From: Catajapyx aquilonaris
Lineage: Eukaryota
Length of the DNA: 32,274 nt
NCBI GenBank assembly: GCA_000934665.2
Contig: JYFJ02004426.1
Coordinates: 1-32,274, forward strand
Direction: 5' to 3'
A program made the position numbers and the translations under genes. Of the stretch, positions 19,563 to 31,488 are shown one piece after another (position 1 is the first letter of the stretch; each line of letters starts with the position of its first letter). A model generated the notes under the pieces. The model was given only the letters and a program-made list of their open reading frames with translations. It was not told where the DNA came from and made no database searches.

Positions 19563-22500
19563 ATGGCCTTACAATCAATGAGACGTACCTTCGTCACCAA
19601 CCTCAAGACTGGGGTGTATGAGGCAAAGCTACTGCCAACAGTAGAGGTATGCTTATTAGCAATAATATTGGCCGGTTCACCTTTACGTGACCAAATAAGC
19701 AATGGGTGGGACGGAACTCCAGGTCAAAATCCCGCCATGGTACGCTTTGACAGTACAAGTCTAAAATGTAGATGTAGGGGTGAGAAATAACTGGTACCTA
19801 CATAGACGACGATCGACGAGCCCTGACTAGTTGCAGGATGAGTCAGAACTCCCGGTCAATTGGCCGCCAGTGTAGCCTACTTCTTGGTCCAAAACTAAAC
19901 TATGAAAAATAATCATGGCCGATAAATATCGAGACATCAACCAGACGTCGACAATAACGGACGTTTTGGTGACTCTTATTATGTTAGATTGTCAAGTGAA
20001 ATATTGTGAAAACTATTTTGAGCAGAACTACTTGGCGTCCCCGATAGTTCTTTGTAGGCTTACAGCACAAAGCCAGCATGTGTAAGCTACATAAAAACTA
20101 ACTCTGAATGTAATGATTGAGATATTTTGTAAAATAAAATCACTCCATTGCATTGGACTGGTTACAGGCATGGTTAAGAGGCTCCGAGGAAGAAATGCCT
20201 TTTGACTTATCACTACTAGACGCCCTCAGCAGACAGGTGCTAACCAATGCGAACATGATGGAGTCATCTACTTTGGCAAAACTGGCGCACATGTGTCTTG
20301 ACAGGATCTTCAGAACCCAGAGGAAGGACGTGCTCACATATATCATGCCATGCATTCAGTACCGAATTACGAAGATCGTCGCCTACCTGCAAGCCAAGGC
20401 AAGTCATAATATTTATACTGTACTCTCCATAACTGATCAACTTTATTATCTTGTAAAGCGTAAATGTTCCATTTTTGAAGAAAGATGATCAATGTGGCAA
20501 TTATTAAATAAATTGCAATCACAAGGAAAACAAAAATATTCAGGAATATAACTACTCTTCTACTGTATATGAAACGGAAATCACACTCTGCATGATTAAT
20601 TTTTTTTTACAAAATTATCCCATACCATTTCAGGATGAAAGTTACCTGGCATGCTGCGTAGGGAGCAACCTGGTTCGTGTGATCTATTTCGAAAATGCAT
20701 GGTTGAAAGAGCCAATGATTTCCATCACTCAGGAAGCAATTTCCATACTCTGCAAAGCCTACTCACATGCCACTTTGAACACCCCAATCGGGAATACTGC
20801 AAACCAATTCATGGACCAAACACCTGATCTCATCTTCCAAATGTGCAGGTCTACACTAATTCTGCACTGCAACTATGCGTGGAGCGACCGAATACCTTGG
20901 TTTACTATTGTTGATGACATCATAAAAGCATGTGGAAGGCGTACATTGGAACGTTATTCTTTTCACATTCTCAATGCCCTGGTGCGACATGCTCTTGACA
21001 TCGGCAAAAGACTTGTCCAAGGAGGCAGTTTTATCTCACGGGACTTGTCCATGTGGCTAGAGGTGGCCATTCCAAGATGGATTGGCACGATGTTTCGGGT
21101 TTGTCCGATCCAGGAACCTGACCTTCTGAATTCGTTACAAAATACCATCCAATCGAGAGTGTCGCCCTTGTACTCGGCAATACTGGCATGTGGGATAGAA
21201 ACCTGTCGTATGGAGTTACAGTGCATCATCATATTCGATGCAATCTCTTTCTACAGAATGTTCAACCTCTTTTCCCTTAAACAAATGCTCAATGCAAATC
21301 CGTTGGTGTGGAAGAATCCTCAGTACAATTCGCCTACAGTGGCAGTTGTTCAGAGCATCATGGAACATATGCTGGATAATGATCATGCAGCTCCGCTTAT
21401 GCAAGTCAATGGTGCTACCAAAAGACTGTTGCTCATGATGTCACGCGCCTTGGTCCTGCTGAGCCCTGCTGAGCCTGCCTGCAACGATTCGTCCAAACTG
21501 GAAGAAATTGAATGGCAGGTCCAAACTTCGAAGTCAATATTGGAAGTGATTCTCAGAGAGACAAATGCAGAACACGTGCCATGGGAGAGTGCGGCCCTTG
21601 CTCTCCTGTCGGCCTTCTCTCGGATCGTGTGGTGGTTGAACACAATTAAGCCGCATACTGATAAGCATGTGAAATTGTGTAAACTGATGAGTAAGTAGAG
21701 GACATAATCTTTTTGGAATAAAATATTATTCTGACTTTGTAACTTTGTGGCTGGCAGCATCAGTTTAACCTCACAGATTTGGTCGGCTTGTTGGTTTGTT
21801 CATTGGGGTCAAGCGATCTGGCCCCGAAGGGCCTCATAGGATATCCATCGCACAATAGTAATCATAACCAAGCTATGAGAGATCAAGGAAAGGAGGGAGT
21901 AGTCAGCCACAAAGTTACTCACTCCAGTCTATGTGAACATGACCATGGCAAAAATGTTCTTTGCAGTCGAGCTTGTGCGGCCAGTGTGTATCGTTGCCAG
22001 TCAGAGAGGCCTTGCTCGAGAAGAAAAGGATTTGCAAGAACTATGGACTAACTGTTCTGACATGATCGCCAGCCAACAACCCCAGCAACAATCCCAGCAA
22101 CAACCACAGGTAACACTTCATTCCTAATAGCTTTACTTCAGTCTATTGCATTCAAATAATATTAGGACAGGTAAATCCAAGTTGAAAATTCATTTTACAT
22201 AAGGACCCAAAGCGAGTGACTGGGACTGAGTGGGAAATAAGTATCGGTACTCGTACTATCATCAGGCATGTATAATAATATATTAATCACTAATCAGGTA
22301 TCAGGTAACTAATCTCTATCGAATCCACATGCTGCTGAAGCTGCTAACATGCCTTGAACTCCCCACAGTGACCAAGAAAAAGTGTATCCAACTGTATACT
22401 GTCTTGTATATAGTCTGCATCAGAAATCATCAGCAGTACATGATATACTAACTATAGAAACTGAACCTTGTTGTAAGAATAGAGCTACAGAACTCTAAGT

Positions 22501-23666
22501 AGAATTACAGTAAAATATAACATGCAGGAGTGAATTTCACAATAATTAAAAAGAAACAATTGTGCCAGTAGTCCAAGCCTACCCAATGGCTCTCATTGAC
22601 GGCCTGCTCTAGAGCTAAAGTATATGCTGTGTCATTTTGGTTGCCACAAAAAGCAGGCTCTGATTGTCTGACTTCACACTCTGGTCAATTTCTGGGGATC
22701 ATTTTCACCGACGCGACGGTGATCTTGGGAGGTGAGAATATTGTCTCATGAATTAGCAGGCGTGTGACAGTGAGGTTTTTTAACTGGTGTATGCAGCAAT
22801 AATGGCACAACCTTGACGTTTTGACACCAACTGGCCAAAAAGGTATGTCAGTACCAGCAAAGTAATTCTGCTCATCTTGCAGGACTCACACATCTCCCAC
22901 GCTTCCTTTCACTCGATCAACTGGACACCAGATGTTATGGCATTACTCAAAGAGTTTGTGGACACTGAAACAGCCAAGAAAACACGTCAGAAAGCAACTC
23001 GACTGGTGAAACCTCCCCTTGACACGGAAACATCTAAGAAAACACGCCAGCAAGCAACTCGACTGGTGAAACCTCCCCTTGACACGGAAACATCTAAGAA
23101 AACACGCCAGCAAGCACCTCTACTGGTGAAACATACCCTTGACGCTGTCCAGGCACATGAAACTGTAGCCATAGCAAGGACATCCAGAAACATGGTAAAA
23201 GAAGTTGACATAGATTGTACTCTTTGTGTTGGCTTTTATACCCACTTGTGTCGTAAGATTTTCAGAACTTGCGCATGAAAATTTGTTATTGCCGCTGCAT
23301 GTTTTTATGCTTCTAAGACCATGTTATTTCATGCAGGAGGATGTAGAGTGTGGGGTGAAGAAGGTAGCAGATGTTTCCAACGAACACCCTTCCACACCAA
23401 CACCTGTCACTGCTCTTGCCCCGACTGCAGCGGCCATTCCTCGGGTTCGGAGGAATACAGTGATCAATGTTAATCCTGTACTTCACGATATTCTTCCTGA
23501 GTCCTATCGCCGAATGTACCAACTAACACGTTGTAAGAGAAGCCCGCCTCAAAACAATCAGAGGGAGGCACAAGCATTATCTACCCACATGTGTGTCCCA
23601 AGCCATGCAGTCCCACGAAATCCAAAATCCCGCAAGGTTGCTGACAAGGGACACAATCGAAATTAA
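19563..23666 (+). pseudogene. Six-exon uncharacterised, probably alpha-helical protein gene with a disrupted exon 4; exons 19563-19646, 20168-20398, 20634-21690, 21777-22109, 22883-23194, 23337-23666
   Basis: Phase-compatible splice sites including an AAG|GCAAGT GC donor at 20399, a 1057-bp open exon 3, and AATAAA at 23812-23817. Exon 4 needs a frameshift near 21839 and read-through of TGA (21876) and TAG (21900) to reach its donor in the frame exon 5 requires. No family recognised. Confidence 0.65.
22961..23143 (+). repeat. Coding minisatellite, 3 x 60 bp (DTETSKKTRQQATRLVKPPL)
   Basis: Units start at 22961, 23021 and 23081 and preserve the reading frame. Confidence 0.95.
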
Positions 23667-26048
23667 ATCCATTCCCTGCAAAGTTGAGAGTACTGCACTA
23701 GGATGCTTTGCATTATCACAGACTCAATATAATATGTAAGGTGCTGCATGCAGTCCCACAATGTCTGATGAAGAACTTAGCTTGCTGATTTTATATTCTT
23801 GTTTTATTGGTAATAAACATTATTTTGTCCGTCTATTTTGCCTTGTAATCAGAGCAATCATGTCTAACTGTAAGTGGACCTGGAGTGAGGTGCTTGCATA
23901 ATAGATGGGATGCAGGTGCTGACCTTTATGCAACTGAATTTCACATGGGCATTATTTATGGACAAACACAATGGATATAGTGGGTGTCACAGGACAAGGA
24001 GAGGATGAGGCCCAAACAGAACCTATAGATCATAGTTCGCGGTAAATCAAGCGCAGCAGACTTAATAATCATGTAATGGCAATTTGCCCCATTTAATGCC
24101 CAGCACATTGTGCACACATCTCTGACCATTGCATCTGCTTCTCAACACACATATGACAAATGCTGCGAATCCCCCTTCCTTTCCCCTGTTGCATCCAAAA
24201 CATCAATTAAATAATACCTCTTCACAATCAATGAATCAATCCATACATTACACACTGAACAATGGACTCCAAAAATAAAGAACCTTAATGATGCAATAAT
24301 GGGGGAGGATAGGTCGCACAAATTCACTGAACATCACACTTTAAAGTGCGTTTAATATTTCCCCCCCAAACCTGATGATGTAACCATGGGACGAATAGGA
24401 CATGTAACTCACTGAACCTCACACTTGACGTGCGTTCAACCTGCCCCCAAATCCCTCAACTATGGACCCTGAATTCCGGTTCAACAATACCATCAGCAAG
24501 GGGACTCCCAAACCCAACATATCACAGAATACTTAGCCAGTATCAGCAGCTCCTCTGGACACCCTCACATCGTGAAGCTCAAAAAGGGAGTGGGTCCAAA
24601 ACAAAAAGGGGCTGTTCAAGCAAGGTCAGATAACTCTGTCTGCTGAGAGGGAAGTCAATGGCCCAATTGCCCCAACGTCACATTCAACTGTGACAGTGGG
24701 TGAAACCCAATGTGATGTTATCAGGAGCCTTCAGTCATTCGGAAACCAGGAAAAAGAGGCTATGGTGCTAAATTGAAAATGAGCAAAAAATTGCAGTAGA
24801 TTAATTCCAATTCCTACATTTTTAATATAAGTATAGTGCTAACTCTATGGTAGATGCTTTGAAAATGCTGATTACCAGATTTTGCATTACATCACTCTGC
24901 AACCCCTTTATTTATTAGGTTGTTTTTTAAGCAAATAATTGAGCAAATTCCATCATTATGACACAAGTAGTGATATATTTTTAAAATCTTGAAACACGTG
25001 CATGACCTACACCAATATCTACAAAACCTTTAACGTAATACAAGCAGGCCTGCTACACTTTCGTGGCTATCATGCGAATAAATAAATAATAAATGAATTT
25101 AGAACGATTTAACTTGACATCAATCAAAAACAATCCCCGTCTGCATCGAACTGCTGATTAGAGGCGGGTTCATTTGAGTTTTAAATGCAGCATTTTACTT
25201 TAGAGCTTTTTTTCTTTCAATAACGTACCAAATTAACATTGTTTAAACATTAGGACCAATATTTATGTATACTTGTAATTATCTAACAGAGTTGGAATCA
25301 GAATGGAGAGCAGTCCACGACTTTGTACAGCAGATATTTATGTTACCTTAATTATGAAACACACGCCATATTTTTTAAAGTGATGAACTGGTGCACAGGA
25401 GTTTATCCTGGAAGTGCGTCTGAGTCATCATGAAAGACCATGTACAGTATTTTCCAGCTAAATATTTTCAGAAGAATAAATTCTCTTTACATGAAGAAAC
25501 GAAAAATCTGTGTCACACATCTGAGAAAAACAGTGTCAACTATTTCACTGAGGTGTTGCATCCTTGAAGCAGTTGCAGCAAGTGGACTTATGCTGGATGT
25601 ATCACAACGATTCCGACAAGCCCCGATATAAATTTTTACAGTAAAGTCGCTGCTGTAATCTAGGAATCATTTTATGCATAGATGTGCCATAATATACTCT
25701 CCTTAGCCTCGTTACTGAGTGAGTTACTTAATGTCATGATGGGCAGAAGGCCTGTTGTGCAGAGCAAGCCCGCTACACTTTCGTGGCTATCATGACGGCG
25801 ACCTTCCATCACGACTGTCTGCTATCCGTAATAATCTTTTGATTGACATCCGGACACCCCACTGTCAAGGCAACCGGAAAATATTCCAAATACAGTAGAC
25901 TTAGGCATACATATAATAGACTTCAAGAGATCGCGGGAAAACGTCTACTATAGCCGAGGTATGTTATAGCCAAGTCGCCACTTTTGCTATTTAACTTACA
26001 AAGACACCAAGTTTTATGCCTTCCGTATGCCTATAATGCACACTACAG

Positions 26049-26234
26049 GGACCTGAGGGACTGCACACGACCCCCAACTTGATGACATTGCACATGCACC
26101 AGTGTCCCCCCCTCCTATCCCTACCAGGCTGTCCCTACACAATAGTGCACATAGTGGTATTCCACTCCCCTAAGAGAGCCCATGGCTCTAGCACGGGGTA
26201 TATCTAAAAAATAAAAATAAAAATATAAATATAA
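26049..26234 (+). mobile_element. 5'-truncated SINE related to the 9652-10008 element
   Basis: GACATTGCAC core, GTGGTATTCCAC...AGCACGGGGTA 3' end, A-rich tail, and exact 16-bp TSD ATAATGCACACTACAG at 26033-26048 and 26235-26250. No tRNA head. Confidence 0.9.
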
Positions 26235-26339
26235 ATAATGCACACTACAGCATACTTATTAATGAAACTATCCATAGAAATCTCACCCTCCCACTCCTTT
26301 CTGAAGGTTTGGTTGAATGAGATGCTGCGGGAAAAACAT

Positions 26340-26470
26340 TTTCGACGAAGTGTCCCCTGCACGAAAAGTTTTATTTGACAAGAATTCTGTTGGACAAAAT
26401 GTAATTAGATAAATTTTCATTGGAAGAAATGCTTTGTACAAAAATTACTTGGGCGAAGTAGCATGTAACC
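26340..26470 (+). repeat. Degenerate ~15-bp tandem array ending in CATGTAACC, probably a DNA transposon subterminal region
   Basis: Successive units TTGGACAAAATGTAA, TTAGATAAATTTTCA, TTGGAAGAAATGCTT, TGTACAAAAATTACT. Confidence 0.45.
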
Positions 26471-26599
26471 GAATTTTTTTGCACTGCATAACAATAAACA
26501 CTAAAATAATTTTAGGTCGATTAAATATAGACTATCAAAGCAAACAAATTCTTATGTAATTGTGAGGGAGGGGAGGAATTGCATGAATTGTGTGCACTG

Positions 26600-27067
26600 G
26601 GGCCGTATACTCATCCAGGTCACTCGCAATCGACAAAGTCGATTGACGTCAAAATGACGTCACCAATTCTCTTCCCCCTGCCCTGGATTGGCCGGCGGGT
26701 GAGGCCTGGGGGATGACACCTCGAATGCGGTTGACTCCGCCTTTCGAACTCGGTTACTGCCGATCGGGCGATCGTTCGTTGTTTTCGAGTGACGATATCA
26801 TCCACCCGGCCAGCACTCGGCAATTCTAGTCGGCAAGTTTTTTGGTGTTGAGTGCGACTTGTAGGTGGTGAATGCAGCCGGTGGGAAAGTTTCGTGTGTG
26901 TGATTGGCCTTCCGTCAGCTACCGAAATCACGATCGATACTACCCGCAGCTACCGACATCACGACAGCGATACAGCCAACACCATCGAGGTCCCGGCACC
27001 TCCCACTCGATCGACCTACGTCATTTCGCCGTGTCGATTGCGAGCGACCTGGATGAGTATACGGCTC
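26600..27067. mobile_element. PIF/Harbinger-type MITE with ~36-bp TIRs and CWG flanks
   Basis: GGGCCGTATACTCATCCAGGTCACTCGCAATCGACA / TGTCGATTGCGAGCGACCTGGATGAGTATACGGCTC, flanked by CTG (26597-26599) and CAG (27068-27070). Confidence 0.85.
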
Positions 27068-27924
27068 CAGGTGTTGAAAATGTAGATGATCCCTTGGATT
27101 CATGATCGCCTTTTTTCCTCTCAATAATGTCAATATATGCATATTTATTTGTTTATCTTGTTATAAGCCTATAGACAGCAGGACCACAGAATTTGCTTTG
27201 GCTTATCCCCACATAATCAATCAACACCAAGCATTGATCATTTACCATTTACAATTTACAATTTGCATTGTCATTCAGACTGTTAATCACCGTTAATCAC
27301 ATTGAGCCATAAGACAGCATACTCGTAAATTGTCAAGTCAGTGCAGTTAAAATTATTATCTACCGGTACTTGTACATGTTAGCACGCATTAATAAATCAA
27401 CACCACACCTTATCTTGTTTAGCTGTAGTAGGCTATACACAATTAGAGCCCTTCTTCTCTAGTTCAAGGACTGTAGTATTGAGCACTGAATCAACAGTTC
27501 GCAGCTTGGGACAACAATAATAATAATTTATTCCAGCTGGATGATTCATCTCATCTGTTTTCCATCCCAAGTTCTGGAAACTTATGTGGAATGTTACATG
27601 CTCAAATATATTTCTTATTATTTATTTTATTAGTGCTGTCAAGGTACTGTCCAATTAAGAGGATATTATTGGAAATTGATGCTTCATAGCAAGTCCAAAC
27701 AAGTCCTTCAGTAAAAATATGCTTATAAGTTTGGTTAGCCATCAAACTTAGGTGTGAAGGAATTAAACCTGATTAATTTGATTGACTCAAAGTGGAAACA
27801 GCCGTATATAAAACTGTTTTCCAAGCTGGTTTTTTCCTTCTTCTGAAGGCATCTGGAGACGATTAGTCAGCATGGAGTCTTCTTTCACACATGTGTCGCG
27901 ATAAGGGGCCTGGGAAAGAGTAAG

Positions 27925-28043
27925 CATGGCGCGGCCGCCATTGCCTCCGCAGCTCTCGTGGTGGCAACAAGGAAGTGACAGACATTCGCAGGAGTTAATT
28001 AGGCGTCATTTATAGTGAGCGTGTTGCAGTATTTATCGTGAGT
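27925..28043 (+). promoter_or_regulatory. Possible promoter and first non-coding exon of the ankyrin gene
   Basis: Local GC/CpG-rich patch with GCCGCCAT (YY1-like) and GGAAGT (ETS-like) motifs followed by a GTGAGT donor at 28038; the link to the 29534 acceptor is inference. Confidence 0.3.
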
Positions 28044-29035
28044 TTCGTCAAAATAGTGCAGTGAATTTCGGGTTTTGTGAATGCAGGGCAAATATTTAGG
28101 TTCCAATGCTATAATTTTAGTCGCTTACTCAAAAGTAGCTGTCTGACCTTGCAAAGTGCATTTCTGTACGCATATCTAAATTCGCATTTATTTGATGATT
28201 GTCAGGGGTGACAAAACGTGAAGTTGACTCACACTTCCGTGACACCAAGAATATGCCATTTTGTACAGTCGTGAAGTGTGAACAAAGTTGGACCTACTCG
28301 GGATCGAAGGCCTACATGTTACACGGGATTTCAAAATGTTCAGCCACCACCCATGCGTATGAAATTCACGGAGAACTAGTCACGTAGGGCCAGTTCGTGT
28401 TCATCTTGATATTTCACTTCCCTTTCAATTTTTATCTATATCGATGCTTCGGTTCAGATGCTTCGGATGATCGGTTCAGCTGTTTGATGAACCACCTCTG
28501 ACTCCAATGTATAACAATTGAAAGTATTTTTGGTCCCTTGCAGATTCGAGTTGTAGAAGTTACACTGTACATTTTTATGCTTACTGTACTTACTGTACAT
28601 CACAGCTAAGTTAAGCAGCTATTTTTCGAGTTGACTAAATTATTTGTAAGAATGGGTGTACTTTCAACAAAGCATTATTAACTAAGAGTAGTCCCCTGCA
28701 CTAGCTTCAGATGATTCTTTTTAAAATACTTTATTTAAATCACCGCTTTAAATATATGCAAAAAATATCATGCACTTTTTGTAAAACCTTTTTTTATTCA
28801 ATTTGCGAAGAGAAAAATAATGACATTTGCGTACATGGTGGCAATACTCATCTTCAATGACGAAAAATTATTATACTGACACATAATATAAAACTGTCAC
28901 ATTACATGTCCTATTGAAAGGATATTTCTGACTGGGGTAACTCAAAACTTAACAAAATTAGTCGTCAGTTGCTCAGTTCTTATTCCACAAGGCTCTTCAA
29001 TTCATTGTGCAGTTGTCAATAAAGGTGCATAAGTA

Positions 29036-29317
29036 TTTTTTTATTAATGTAAATACCCCGTGATATGCCCAGGGGTCCGTTTAGTGGGGGAATGGGAGGT
29101 TCCCAATGGAGGGCACTCTTAAATAGTTTCTAGTCATTTCAGACCCTCTGAAATATCAGACCTTTTTCTCTTGGCCCTGGGCAGAGAAGGGAGTGTAATT
29201 CTGTCCTGACATGTCGGGTGAAAGCGGAAAAAGACCCGACCAAGCGAAGGTACGGGGACGAGATCTGAACCCCGGACCTCCAGGTAGCATATTAGTCACT
29301 AGACCACCATGCCCCCC
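29036..29317 (-). mobile_element. tRNA-derived SINE of the 11803-12487 family, without the palindrome
   Basis: Minus strand shares CGTCCCCGT, GCTTGG.CGGGTCTTTTTCCGCTTT, CACCCGACA, TTGGGAACCT and CACGGGGTA with the 11803 copy; candidate TSD ATAAGTA at 29029-29035 and 29320-29326. Confidence 0.88.
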
Positions 29318-29542
29318 AAATAAGTAAATATTATCACACCCGAAGGTAGGCTGCATTAAATTCCTAACTCCCTTTTAGCTTTAGGACTAAGGGCTTATGC
29401 ACACAGGTCAACCGGAAACTGGTAATCTTCTGTGTACATAAGCCCTGACTAATTGACATGCAAGATACCAATGGTGAAATCTTGCCTTTCCTACCAACCT
29501 CAGACATATAAGGTAATTTTGATCTTCTATGCAGGTGGCGCA

Positions 29543-30100
29543 ATGGCCCAGTACTCCGGGGGAAAGGAGTCAGGAGCAGAAGAGGCACAAGCATTGGTGG
29601 AGAATGAAGAAATTGAGGACAATGGTGAAAATTTGGATCCTAGAGATATCCATGGAGCTGCCTGGTTGGGTGACAATGAAGCGGTCACCAGATTTTTGGA
29701 CGATGGAACAGATGTGGACAAGCGGAATATTGACTCATACACCGCACTCCATTTCGCCGCCTTTCAAGGTCACCAATCAACATGCAGGCTTTTGATCGAG
29801 AGGGGAGCAGGAGTAAAGATTCAAACCGTTAGTGGAGACGCTGCAATTCACTTCGCTGCTAAGCAAGGTCACTTGGAGGTTGTTGCCCTCCTCCTTGGGT
29901 CAGGAGCAAACATATCCGACACTGGAGAAAATGGTCAGATGCCTCTTCACTACGCACTGCGTGAGCATCATTTGGATATGGCTCGCCATCTCGTCTCTTC
30001 AATGTCAGCTGATGCAACAGCCATGGACGGGTTTGGAGTACGTGCCATCCATCTGACGAACGAGACGCTGGTAGAAGAAGTGAGTGCACAAGTCATATGA
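29543..30100 (+). CDS. Ankyrin-repeat protein (about four repeats); probably a first coding exon spliced at 30079
   Basis: Repeats IHGAAWLGDNEAVTRFLDDGTDVD, TALHFAAFQGHQSTCRLLIERGA, AAIHFAAKQGHLEVVALLLGSGANI and MPLHYALREHHLDMARHLV. Acceptor TATGCAG ends at 29534, ATG at 29543, GTGAGT donor at 30080, otherwise TGA at 30098-30100. Confidence 0.9.
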   Translation: MAQYSGGKESGAEEAQALVENEEIEDNGENLDPRDIHGAAWLGDNEAVTRFLDDGTDVDKRNIDSYTALHFAAFQGHQSTCRLLIERGAGVKIQTVSGDAAIHFAAKQGHLEVVALLLGSGANISDTGENGQMPLHYALREHHLDMARHLVSSMSADATAMDGFGVRAIHLTNETLVEEVSAQVI

Positions 30101-30139
30101 ATCATTGCTATTTCAATAAGTTAAAAATTGAAGAGGTAT

Positions 30140-30265
30140 AGGGGCTATCGCCAGAGCCCTTCCGCCTCTGAGGTCCCGAGTTCAATCCCTGCGTCATACA
30201 GAGGATTCTCATGTGGAAAGAGCTTCCACAGATCCTCTCCCATGTTCGTATGGGTTTTCTATGCG
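30140..30265 (+). mobile_element. Degenerate SINE 5' fragment
   Basis: B-box-like GAGTTCAATCC preceded by GAGGTCCC and followed by TGGGTTTTCT. Confidence 0.45.
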
Positions 30266-30330
30266 TATGTGTACAGTAGGCCTACCCCCATTTCATCCAA
30301 CCATCATAATCCAGTAGACGACCAGACAAT

Positions 30331-30519
30331 GGCCTGCCCCTAGACACATGCGACACAGCTCACTTCCCAGGGGTTGCCTAGGCATGATGACTGCAAAGAG
30401 TACCATATCGTCATATCTTTCTCCGTTCGCAACCACTGTAAGTACCCGGGTCCATTTGTCAGGGGATCTCACTCTAAAGAGGTGTCGTGTGTGTTCTCGC
30501 ATGTGTCTAGGGGCAGGCC
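30331..30519. mobile_element. MITE with perfect 23-bp TIRs (Harbinger-like GGCC termini)
   Basis: GGCCTGCCCCTAGACACATGCGA / TCGCATGTGTCTAGGGGCAGGCC; the TSD is not clean. Confidence 0.8.
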
Positions 30520-31278
30520 TATGTGATATACGTCGGTATCAATATATTCGTCCCTCGACATTTTTCTCTCCACCTGTTTTGGGCCATGGAATAAGCGGGC
30601 TAACCATTATCGGACATACAGTACTTCCTGGTACTGGAGTACCAAGAAAAACTCTGTGGAGTGGAGAATTTGTAAAAGTTTTCCATCAAGGCCACATGCT
30701 TTTCACAAGTTAATCATTCATTATCAGTATAGGCTACAGTAGTTCTAGTAGTCAGAATATATTTTAGTTTTATTTCTTGTATCAAAATGGACAGACAAGA
30801 GTAACTTAACTGCCACCAAGGGGATTGTCCTCATGCATGCTATGTGGTTGTCTTATGATTGGGAGAGATATTGATACAGCCAGAATTCTGGAGATTTTAT
30901 GTTGCAATAGGCTGCAATAGGAACACTGGAATAGCAGGGTATATCTCTGCTCCAATACAAATATTCAATACTGTATGTCCTAGCCTAGTAGCCTTAACTT
31001 CTGCTACATTATATTCACGTTAGAGGTGAGATATAATTAGTTTTCCTGTGTAATTGTTGCAGCCTTGCAACGCAAGCTATCTTTAGCTATCTTGCAAACA
31101 ATAAAATAACTGCTCTCTTCAAAACCAAGCCGTAGCGGTGAGAATTGAAGGGCTCGGTGAAAGAACCAGGTAGCTCCACTTTTCATGGAAAATGAGTTAA
31201 TCATGGGATCCTATGAAGAAAAAAACTGTCCTTAGTTTGGTCAAAGAATCATGTACCTCCAAGCTTTCCTCGAGACAT

Positions 31279-31488
31279 GAGATGTCGACCTTTGACATCG
31301 ACGATGTCCATCCTTTTCAAGTGCGGATACCTCCATGCATGGCTCCATTGCTGGTTGCTGGAGTCAGGCGCTCGAACCGCCAAATAGTAGCTCAACCGCC
31401 TGACCAGCCTCAACCAGCAATGCAAGCATGCATGGGGGTATCCACACTTGAAAGGATGGACATCGTCGATGTCAATGGTCGACATCTC
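31279..31488. repeat. 210-bp foldback element (~90-bp arms)
   Basis: GAGATGTCGACCTTTGACATCGACGATGTCCATCCTTT... is mirrored by ...AAAGGATGGACATCGTCGATGTCAATGGTCGACATCTC. Confidence 0.9.

Noticed and set aside
22961..23143. Regularly spaced repeats as a possible CRISPR array
   Set aside because: Units are contiguous with no unique spacers, lie in frame in a spliced exon, and no cas genes are present.
24520..24600. GHPHIVKL peptide resembling protein kinase subdomain IV
   Set aside because: No other kinase motif or convincing exon boundary nearby and the frame soon stops; likely chance.
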